From Nostoc sp. PCC 7120 = FACHB-418 (lineage in GTDB: Bacteria; Cyanobacteriota; Cyanobacteriia; Cyanobacteriales; Nostocaceae), in the NCBI RefSeq assembly GCF_000009705.1, contig NC_003272.1, positions 2,160,001 through 2,192,000 on the forward strand: a stretch of DNA of 32,000 nucleotides. The letters are read 5' to 3'. The position numbers and the translations under genes are program-made. Below are positions 25,027-32,000 of this stretch, one piece after another. Each line of letters begins with the position of its first letter. The first letter of the stretch is position 1. A model generated the notes under the pieces. It saw only the letters and a list, made by a program, of their open reading frames with translations, was not told where the DNA came from and did not search any database.

Positions 25027-28000
25027 TTAAAGCCCATTGCCAATTAAAATAAATGATGCCCAATAATAGGGATGATTAAACTGATTATTACCCATCAACA
25101 AGGCAAGTTGTGCTGTACGTAAAGCTTCAGATTTAGTTAAATTACCTGTTTTTAAGACACTATAAAAGCTATCCATTAATGCTTGTGTACCGCCATCAGA
25201 AACAGCCCATAGTGAGGCAATGGAAGCTTTTGCACCTGTTAATTGAATTTGGTATCCTAGACCGAGAATTTCTTGACCGTTACCCAATTGATTACCTAAA
25301 CCTGTTTGACAGGCACTTAATACTACTAAATCAACATTTGATAAAGACCAGTTTTCTATATCTTTGAGAGTGACGCGATCGCCATTACCAAATAGTATAA
25401 ATGAACTTTCTGGATCACCACTTACCAGCATCCCATGAGTCGCCAGATGGACGATTTTATAATCGTTCATTTGGGGGATTGTAACTTGGGGACTAAAATC
25501 ATTATCTAATAGTATTTTTGTGCCTTTAATTATCTTAGCTAAATTGTCTACTTCGACTTTAGCAAACTGTAAACCACTAAAGACTTCTTGACGTTCGCCT
25601 ACTGCTACTTTATAGTCGCCTTTGGTGAATGCTGCGGCTAAAGTTGGTAGAGAGGCTTGGGGTTTATTGTTTAATTTGGTCAAGCTAGCGGCAGTAATAT
25701 TATTAATGATATAATGCTCGATCAGCCAATTTTTGCCATCATATAATGCAGCTAAGGGTATATATCTGAGTTTGCTATCTGGAGCATAAATAATTGCTTG
25801 AGCATTAGCTTGTTTCAGGTCATTCTCTATAGGTTTAATGAGCCAGTTATATAATTTATTTGCTGGAATTTTACTATCTTTATAGGGAACAACTATGGCT
25901 TGTCGAAATTCATTAATGACTTGATTTAGTTCTGCTGGTTTGACGGGAACTGGACGATGAATTGGTGGTGCATCCGCCGTGACGAGAACTAATTCCAATC
26001 TGTCGTCTAACACTAAGGGATATAATAATACTGCTTTTTTATTTAACTGTCGCAAATTATCCCGCAAAGAATTAAGTTGTCTTAAGCTGAGATTTTCCTG
26101 TCCAGAATTTGCAGATAATTGCTGTACAAGAGCGACTACAGCAGGTGTTTTGGTAAATTTGTTAAACTCAGCCGTGATTGTTTGCTCAAGTTTCACTAAT
26201 TCAGCAATGCGTTTTTCTTGGATGGCTGTGCGTGCATTTGCTGGAGTTTGGCGGAGGTTTGTTAGTTCTTGCCCAAAAGCGATCGCTTGATCTTGAATGG
26301 CGCTATACTTTTGGGAAATCTGTTGTTCTTGGGGTTGCAGTGGTAATTTTTGGCTTGGCTGGGGTTCTGTATTCACTCCCCTTTGTCCAGTATTAACTAC
26401 TGCTGTTGTCATTTGGCTTTGACTACGGCGATTTCCGATAAAATCATTGGCTTCTTGGATTTTGAGTAAATCTAAAACTTGCTGTGCTTCGCTGGGACGG
26501 TTTTGTTTGAGTAATAAATCAGCCAGGCGGCGATACCTTTCAGCAACGGTTTCTGTATAGGATTTTTGGATATCTGCGGGGATGGTGCGTAAACTTTGGC
26601 GAATACTTTCCGTGAGGTTGACTGATTGCTTGTAAAATGCGATCGCTAGTTGTGGTTGATTTTGTACAGACAGGGTATCGCCTAAAAGTTTGAGGGTTGC
26701 AGCTTCACTGACTTTATCGCTAACTTGTCTGTGCATGGCTAAAGCTTGCTGATACAATCCTGAAGCTTTTTCCTGCTGGCCTTGCTTTTGGTGTATTTGC
26801 CCTAGATTACTCATTGTCACACCTTCCCCGGTGCGATCGCCTATTTCTTGATAAATAGTTAAAGCTTGCTGATTTAACTCAAGAGCTTGCGGGTACTTAC
26901 CTGAATTACTTTGCACCTTAGCAATATTATTGAGAGTTACAGCAATCCCTGGTTTATAGCTATTCTCTTTATATATATTTAGAGCTTGTTGATACAATTT
27001 TAATGCTTGGTCATATTTACCCAGACTCAAGTAAATTTGTCCAATATTATTGAGATTTAAAGCTCTGCCTTGGAACTGAAAAGAGTCTTTACCAAACCCA
27101 TCACCAACATTAGCACGACTGGCAACTTGTTGCAAAGCTTGGGAATTTTGACCTAAATAATCATAAAGTAATTTTATCTCTTGTTTCGTGGCTTTTTCTG
27201 CATCATGATTAATTTTGCTATAAATATTTGCTGATTCTTCGGCTAGTTCTAGAGATTTTTTATATTGACCCAAACTAAAATTAGTACTGGCAAGGTTATT
27301 AATAATTGCTGCTTTTGTGCCAGTATAATTCGAGCAGCATTCTTGCAGATCAGCTAAACCTTGTTGATAGGCATCTAAGGCTTGTTTATAGTTGCCTAAA
27401 TTAACGTAAACTACACCGATATTATTCAAAGTTTGAATACCACCAATTTTATCATCATCAGCTTTTTGCATTGCCAATGTTTGCTGATAAAAATCGAGAG
27501 CTTTTGTATACTGTCCCATACGAAAATAAACCGCACCAATATCAGCTAGCAGAGTTTTTTCGCTAGTAGCATAACTAGAATCTTTGGAATTAGCTGCTTT
27601 CAGTTCTTTGATAATAGCTAAAGCTGGTTGATAATATTCCAGCGCCTTGGGATACTGTCCCAAATTGACATATACTTCACCAATATAAGAAAGGGGTATC
27701 CATTCATTTTGGCGGTCTTTGATTTTCCTGCGAATATCTAAGGAGGACTGAAAATATTCGAGTGCTTTCCCGTACTCTGCTTTACGAAAATACACATATC
27801 CAATATTTACAAGGCTGTTAGCTTCTCCAGCCTTAGCACCATATTTTTTAAAAATAGCTAACGCCTGCTGGAAGTTTTCCAAAGCTGCTTGTAACTCCCC
27901 TACACCAAAAAAATCCTTGTAAATAAGGGATTCACCGCTACTATTCAACATCACAGCTTGTGTTATCTGTTCTTCGGTGGTTGGAGTTGGTGCTTGTGCT

Positions 28001-28056
28001 AGAGATGGGGAAGCTAGAGTTAAAATTAGAGTTAAGGGAATAACAGGAAGCCGCAT
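25027..28056 (-). CDS. Signal-peptide TPR-repeat / CHAT-domain (caspase-like) protein
   Basis: 1009 aa. The N-terminus is MRLPVIPLTLILTLASPSLAQA. About 10 TPR units of the type LNNIG.VY...G.Y..AL..YQQAL follow, then a coiled/Q-rich linker. The C-terminal CHAT block has IVHLATHG (His) and DLVVLSACQTG (Cys) and ends HPYYWASFILIGN. Confidence 0.88.
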   Translation of the reverse strand: MRLPVIPLTLILTLASPSLAQAPTPTTEEQITQAVMLNSSGESLIYKDFFGVGELQAALENFQQALAIFKKYGAKAGEANSLVNIGYVYFRKAEYGKALEYFQSSLDIRRKIKDRQNEWIPLSYIGEVYVNLGQYPKALEYYQPALAIIKELKAANSKDSSYATSEKTLLADIGAVYFRMGQYTKALDFYQQTLAMQKADDDKIGGIQTLNNIGVVYVNLGNYKQALDAYQQGLADLQECCSNYTGTKAAIINNLASTNFSLGQYKKSLELAEESANIYSKINHDAEKATKQEIKLLYDYLGQNSQALQQVASRANVGDGFGKDSFQFQGRALNLNNIGQIYLSLGKYDQALKLYQQALNIYKENSYKPGIAVTLNNIAKVQSNSGKYPQALELNQQALTIYQEIGDRTGEGVTMSNLGQIHQKQGQQEKASGLYQQALAMHRQVSDKVSEAATLKLLGDTLSVQNQPQLAIAFYKQSVNLTESIRQSLRTIPADIQKSYTETVAERYRRLADLLLKQNRPSEAQQVLDLLKIQEANDFIGNRRSQSQMTTAVVNTGQRGVNTEPQPSQKLPLQPQEQQISQKYSAIQDQAIAFGQELTNLRQTPANARTAIQEKRIAELVKLEQTITAEFNKFTKTPAVVALVQQLSANSGQENLSLRQLNSLRDNLRQLNKKAVLLYPLVLDDRLELVLVTADAPPIHRPVPVKPAELNQVINEFRQAIVVPYKDSKIPANKLYNWLIKPIENDLKQANAQAIIYAPDSKLRYIPLAALYDGKNWLIEHYIINNITAASLTKLNNKPQASLPTLAAAFTKGDYKVAVGERQEVFSGLQFAKVEVDNLAKIIKGTKILLDNDFSPQVTIPQMNDYKIVHLATHGMLVSGDPESSFILFGNGDRVTLKDIENWSLSNVDLVVLSACQTGLGNQLGNGQEILGLGYQIQLTGAKASIASLWAVSDGGTQALMDSFYSVLKTGNLTKSEALRTAQLALLMGNNQFNHPYYWASFILIGNGL

Positions 28057-28124
28057 ATATGTATTAATAGTGACAAGATGCTTCCCATAATAATCGTGAT
28101 AACTAAAAATGTTGGAAATTGCTT

Positions 28125-28706
28125 ATGATTGCCTCACCTGAACCAGAATACCTCACACCCGAAGAATATCTCCAGTTAGAGGAAACCAGTCCTATCAAAC
28201 ATGAATACATCAACGGCTACGCTTATGCAATGGCTGGAGCTACTGATGCTCATGTCACTGTTGCGGGAAATTTGTTTGCACTTCTCCGTAATCATGTACG
28301 TGGTTCTGGTTGTCGTGTTTACATTGCTGATATGAAAGCCAGGATTGAATCTTTAAATAGATATTACTATCCTGATGTCATGGTTACTTGCGATCAACGT
28401 GATCAGGAAACACCTAATCATAAAAGGTTTCCTTGTTTAATTGTAGAAGTTTTGTCTAACTCTACTGAAGCTTTTGATCGAGGGGATAAATTTGTAGATT
28501 ACCAGGAAATCGAAACTCTAAAAGAATACGTTTTGATTAATACAAAACGTCAGCGAGTTGAATGTTTTAAACGTGGTGATAATGGTTTATGGATTCTGCA
28601 AAATTATACAGAGCAGGATAAAATGTTTCGCCTTAATAGTATTGGGTTTGAAGGAGCGATCGCCGAGCTTTACGAAGATGTTACCTTTGAACAAACTACC
28701 GTATAA
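28125..28706 (+). CDS. Uma2-family (DUF820) putative endonuclease
   Basis: Blocks HEYINGYAYAMAGATDAHV, YIADMKARI, YYPDVMVTCD and PCLIVEVLSNSTEAFDRGDKFVDYQEIETLKEYVLI are PD-(D/E)xK-like D...EVxS...D.G.K motifs characteristic of the abundant cyanobacterial Uma2 family. Confidence 0.8.
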   Translation: MIASPEPEYLTPEEYLQLEETSPIKHEYINGYAYAMAGATDAHVTVAGNLFALLRNHVRGSGCRVYIADMKARIESLNRYYYPDVMVTCDQRDQETPNHKRFPCLIVEVLSNSTEAFDRGDKFVDYQEIETLKEYVLINTKRQRVECFKRGDNGLWILQNYTEQDKMFRLNSIGFEGAIAELYEDVTFEQTTV

Positions 28707-28886
28707 ATTACAACATGATATTTAATCAGCAATTTAACCAATATATGAATATTGCTAAAAAGCTTATAAATCAATTCAAACCTAAGTTGCATTCTTCACT
28801 TGATAAATTGATTAACTTGGCAGGAGCTACGCACCTCACAAAACCGTACCAATCAGACTTTTAATTTAGACAAATTTTAAAGAACA

Positions 28887-29321
28887 ATGTTACGATCCTG
28901 GCGAATCACACCCAGGAAATCAATCGTGCCTAAACAATTCCGTAATCTCAAGTGGTTGAGATTTAATCGTACCTCTTTCACCCTGTTTGCGATTCTATTT
29001 GCAATAGTTGTGATCATTGCCCTCTTCTTCCGAGATGATTGGATTAGACCGTTACTGGGCGACGTTTTAATTGTCATGGTGATTGCTTACTTTGTTCATG
29101 CTTTTATTGCAGTTCCACTACGGAAGGTTGCTATTGGGACTCTGATATTTGCCTACTTGATTGAGTTTCTTCAGTTTCTTAATCTCATTGATATTTTAGG
29201 CTGGCGAAACTCCCGTCTAGCCCATTTAACAATTGGATCTACTTTCGACTGGCGAGATTTGGCTGCTTATACGCTGGGGATTGCGATCATTCTCCTCACT
29301 GCTAATCGTTTGAAGTCATAA
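28887..29321 (+). CDS. Small four-TM membrane protein (DUF2809-like)
   Basis: 144 aa with hydrophobic helices. IRPLLGDVLIV and GSTFDWRDLAAYTLG resemble the DUF2809 pattern as I remember it. The family assignment is tentative. Confidence 0.55.
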   Translation: MLRSWRITPRKSIVPKQFRNLKWLRFNRTSFTLFAILFAIVVIIALFFRDDWIRPLLGDVLIVMVIAYFVHAFIAVPLRKVAIGTLIFAYLIEFLQFLNLIDILGWRNSRLAHLTIGSTFDWRDLAAYTLGIAIILLTANRLKS

Positions 29322-29615
29322 ACTACTATTATTTTCCTCGTAGGGTAGGGATACTTCCCAAACTTTATAGAGAACCAAAGTTGGTGCAGGATTGTTATCT
29401 ATTCCCCAATGACTGCGATCTCTAAATAACTGGGAACGATTAAATCGACAATAGTACATTCAGGTAAATCTATTTCCTGGATACAGCTAAAATCTTCCCA
29501 GCGACGAATTTTTAAGACGGCATTGACTGGCTTGTATGTAATTTGGTAAATATCATTAGACTGAATAATGGCGATCGCATTTGCTTAGGGTTGAAAGTGG
29601 GGTGAAGTTGTTTAG

Positions 29616-30716
29616 TTAATCCTGGGGTGATATTTTATAGCCAGTCTGAGGATCAAAAATAAACAACTGATTTAAATCAAGTTGTAGAGAAAGGCGATCG
29701 CCTGGATGTAGACGCACGTTTCCACTCAATTGAACGCTCAATAGTACCGTTGAATCGGGTAAACTCACACGAACTAATGTTTCTCTTCCTAAAGGTTCAA
29801 CTAATTTGACATCGACTAACAATCCTGAACTCTGGTCATTAATTGCGTCAGAATTAATTGATATGTGTTCTGGACGAATACCCAAATTCACCCGTTGTGC
29901 TGACCGGAGTTGTAACTTCTCCCTGAGAAATGCTGGAATTGCGAGTAATTGTCCATTGATATCAAAACCTGCAAGTTGATAAGTTGCAGGTAAAATATTC
30001 ATCGGTGGATTACCTAAAAAAGTTGCCACCATTTGATTAGCAGGACGAGCATAAATCCCTTGAGGTTCGCCAATTTGTTGAATCCGTCCGCCACTTAAAA
30101 CCACAATCTTATCAGCCAAAGTCATCGCCTCGACTTGATCATGGGTGACGTAGATAGTTGTAATGCCTAATTGTTGATGTAACTGCTTTAATTCTGCCCT
30201 AGTATCATCTCGCAATTGGGCATCTAAATTAGACAATGGTTCATCTAATAAAAATACTTGTGGTTCACGGGCGATCGCTCTCCCTAATGCTACCCGTTGT
30301 TGCTGACCCCCGGAAAGTTGTTTGGGTTTGCGATCTAACAGATGATCCAAAGAAAGCGATCGCGCCACATCCACCACCCGTTCTTGGACAATTTTCGGGT
30401 TAATTTTCCGCATTTTCAACCCAAAGGCGATATTTTCCGCCACCGTCATGTGGGGATAAAGAGCGTAATTTTGGAACACCATCGCCACATCGCGCGCTCT
30501 TGCGGGGATGTTATTTACCAAGCGATCGCCAATAAACAGATTACCTGATGTGGCATTTTCTAAACCAGCGATCGTTCGTAAAATTGTAGACTTCCCACAA
30601 CCAGAAGGCCCCACCAAAACCCAAAACTCACCATCCGGAATTTCAAAGGAGATTTCCTCAATTGCGGTGACATTGTTAAACCGACGCTTTATATCTTCTA
30701 AACGAACTTTTGCCAT
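29616..30716 (-). CDS. ABC transporter ATP-binding protein, MalK/UgpC/MsiK sugar-import type
   Basis: 366 aa. Walker A is GPSGCGKST, the Q-loop is present, the signature is LSGGQQQRVALGRA, Walker B is VFLLDEPLSNLD and the H-loop is YVTHDQ. It also has the ~130-aa C-terminal regulatory (TOBE-like) extension typical of MalK-type ATPases. Confidence 0.9.
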   Translation of the reverse strand: MAKVRLEDIKRRFNNVTAIEEISFEIPDGEFWVLVGPSGCGKSTILRTIAGLENATSGNLFIGDRLVNNIPARARDVAMVFQNYALYPHMTVAENIAFGLKMRKINPKIVQERVVDVARSLSLDHLLDRKPKQLSGGQQQRVALGRAIAREPQVFLLDEPLSNLDAQLRDDTRAELKQLHQQLGITTIYVTHDQVEAMTLADKIVVLSGGRIQQIGEPQGIYARPANQMVATFLGNPPMNILPATYQLAGFDINGQLLAIPAFLREKLQLRSAQRVNLGIRPEHISINSDAINDQSSGLLVDVKLVEPLGRETLVRVSLPDSTVLLSVQLSGNVRLHPGDRLSLQLDLNQLFIFDPQTGYKISPQD

Positions 30717-30766
30717 TATCCTATCTGAGATTTTGAATTTGGCGACTGGAAACTTTCCCTAATTTT

Positions 30767-30994
30767 TCATTCCAGCAATGCGATAAACTCTTCTCTTGTA
30801 AGTTCAGCATCGCGTAATATTTTACTGAGCCACCCTCTACCTATTGTTTTACCAGCATGAACAGGAACAGTGACTAAACGACCGTCATCATGTTCCATTT
30901 GTACGTGACTACCTCGTTGACGCACCACTTGAAATCCTAATTTCTCAAGGGTATTAATAACTTTTTTTCCAGTTAAACCTGGTAATTTCGGCAT
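30767..30994 (-). CDS. hicA: HicA-family mRNA interferase toxin
   Basis: 75 aa. LEKLGFQVVRQRGSHVQMEH...VTVPVHAGKTIGRGWLSKILRDAEL is the YcfA/HicA dsRBD-like fold signature with the catalytic GSH. ATG 30994 overlaps the hicB TGA (TGATG). Confidence 0.85.
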   Translation of the reverse strand: MPKLPGLTGKKVINTLEKLGFQVVRQRGSHVQMEHDDGRLVTVPVHAGKTIGRGWLSKILRDAELTREEFIALLE

Positions 30995-31212
30995 CAAATC
31001 ACTACCTTTTGAATACCGATAAATTCTGGTTTATTTTCATCAGTTTCAGTTTCTAAACATAGTTCGATTACTTCTTTCATATTTATCATTAGTTCATCAA
31101 TGGTTTCTCCTTGGCTATAACAGCCTTTTAGTTGGGGAACTTCTCCCACATAATACCCATCATCATCCCGTTCAATGATGACGTAAAATTCTCGTTTAGT
31201 AGCATTACTCAT
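30994..31212 (-). CDS. hicB: HicB-family antitoxin (UPF0150)
   Basis: 72 aa. YVIIERDDDGYYVGEVPQLKGCYSQGETIDELMINMKEVIELCLE is the typical HicB N-terminal domain. It is directly coupled to hicA. Confidence 0.85.
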   Translation of the reverse strand: MSNATKREFYVIIERDDDGYYVGEVPQLKGCYSQGETIDELMINMKEVIELCLETETDENKPEFIGIQKVVI

Positions 31213-31253
31213 AAGTCATTGGTCAGTTGTCATTAGTTCTTTTCTTTCCCTTC

Positions 31254-31286
31254 CCCCAATCCCCAATCCCCAGTCCCCAATCCCCA
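31254..31286. repeat. STRR1-type heptamer tandem repeat CCCCA(A/G)T, about 4.7 units
   Basis: ccccaat ccccaat ccccagt ccccaat cccca lies immediately next to the GUN4 gene stop (31287-31289). CCCCA(A/G)T is the STRR1 unit described for heterocystous cyanobacteria. Confidence 0.85.
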
Positions 31287-31991
31287 TCACTTAGACCAAG
31301 CAGGATGAGCAAATAACGAAGCAAGCACCCGCACACCCCGCAATTGATTAGACAAGGGTAGATGACCTCTGGGCGCAGTTAAATCCCAAGTAAAGCTGTT
31401 GGGGTAGCGAGTCCAATTATTACCGCTTTTCCAGCCAATTTTCGGCCAGAAATTATCCCAGTTTTTCCCTAAACTCAACCAGATGTCTCTTTGTACGGAA
31501 AAGCCAAACTTACCTTCAGAGTGAACTATCCACAGTTGATTAATGGTTTGTAGGTCATCGGTGGGAAAACTATCCACGTCAGTGAAATACAGCCATTTCC
31601 TTTTGACAGCCATCGGCCCTGCTATTTCGCACATGGTTTCGATGGTCAGGAGGTCTGCTGCTTGGAAATCTTGTTGAGCTAGTAATTGTTGCAAAGGATT
31701 GTAATTAATCCCGCAGCTTGATTTTAGAGTTACAATGCCCTCAGGAAAATTATTTTGCAAAAATTCCTGGGCTTGAGGTGCATCCGACTCGTAAAGGACT
31801 TGGTAGGCCTTCCCATCAATCCAAGTCGCTGGGTTCTCACGACGTTTCAGTAAAAATTCCATCAAAACATCTAATCCTTCATTGCCCACATCAGCTAACT
31901 GTAGGATTATCTGTTGTTGGACTTGGATAGACCCAGCGATTAGCCGTTGCCGGAGGGAGTCGATGTCATTAGCAGTGCCTGATACAATCAT
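31287..31991 (-). CDS. GUN4 domain protein (Ycf53-like porphyrin-binding regulator of Mg-chelatase)
   Basis: 234 aa. The N-terminal helical-repeat part is followed by LWIVHSEGKFGFSVQRDIWLSLG...WKSGNNWTRYP...F.W....GHLP, the conserved GUN4 core. Confidence 0.85.
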   Translation of the reverse strand: MIVSGTANDIDSLRQRLIAGSIQVQQQIILQLADVGNEGLDVLMEFLLKRRENPATWIDGKAYQVLYESDAPQAQEFLQNNFPEGIVTLKSSCGINYNPLQQLLAQQDFQAADLLTIETMCEIAGPMAVKRKWLYFTDVDSFPTDDLQTINQLWIVHSEGKFGFSVQRDIWLSLGKNWDNFWPKIGWKSGNNWTRYPNSFTWDLTAPRGHLPLSNQLRGVRVLASLFAHPAWSK

Positions 31992-32000
31992 TGGGTCTGT

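Noticed and set aside
25027-28056. TPR-CHAT protein as a CRISPR-associated (type III-E Csx29/Craspase-like) protease linked to the nearby orphan array
   Set aside because: The protein has a clear N-terminal secretion signal. No Cas7-11/gRAMP, Csx30/31 or RpoE-like genes are present. Six unrelated genes separate it from the array. TPR-CHAT proteins are also common stand-alone genes in cyanobacteria.
28715-28864. 49-aa ORF right after the Uma2 gene, considered as a feature
   Set aside because: It was kept only as a remark in the findings. It has no ribosome-binding site, low-complexity AT-rich coding and no recognisable motif.
1-32000. tRNA, rRNA, tmRNA, RNase P and group I/II intron signatures
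   Set aside because: A scan for conserved T-loop and anticodon-arm patterns and for intron catalytic-domain motifs found nothing convincing. None are reported.

Overview
This is a chromosomal window from a filamentous, Nostoc/Anabaena-type cyanobacterium. Support: the HIP1 palindrome GCGATCGC recurs throughout genes and spacers, STRR-type heptamer tandem repeats (CCCCAAT/CCCCAGT and others) sit at gene ends, and the gene content is typically cyanobacterial (GUN4, gamma-tocopherol methyltransferase, KtrAB, SLH proteins, TPR-CHAT, Uma2). I support about 27 protein genes. Housekeeping calls are the queA 3' end, ktrB-ktrA, a tocopherol-type methyltransferase, glpK, a small heat-shock protein, a MalK-like ABC ATPase and a GUN4 protein. 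There is also a 1287-aa hybrid sensor kinase and a conserved RDD / membrane / SpoIIM-like membrane trio. A more accessory-looking set includes an orphan CRISPR array, hicAB, Uma2, a signal-peptide TPR-CHAT protease, an SLH-fasciclin-beta-barrel protein and several unknown exported proteins. No tRNA or rRNA gene was recognised. The most noteworthy items are these. (1) A CRISPR array at 18259-19167 has 11 repeats and no cas gene anywhere in the window. It decays at its left end, contains one 168-nt gap, and lies on the same strand between a small operon and glpK. (2) A translationally coupled pair of unknown genes (15325-16607) encodes a Zn-ribbon mini-protein and a protein with two tandem 78-aa winged-helix-like modules. 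(3) A 1.4-kb gene-free, very AT-rich tract (9023-10421) carries a MITE-like element and a 32-bp direct repeat. (4) A family of TATAGGA-terminated MITE-like repeats occurs at three or more sites. All functional calls rest on reading the translations for motifs. No database search was possible.
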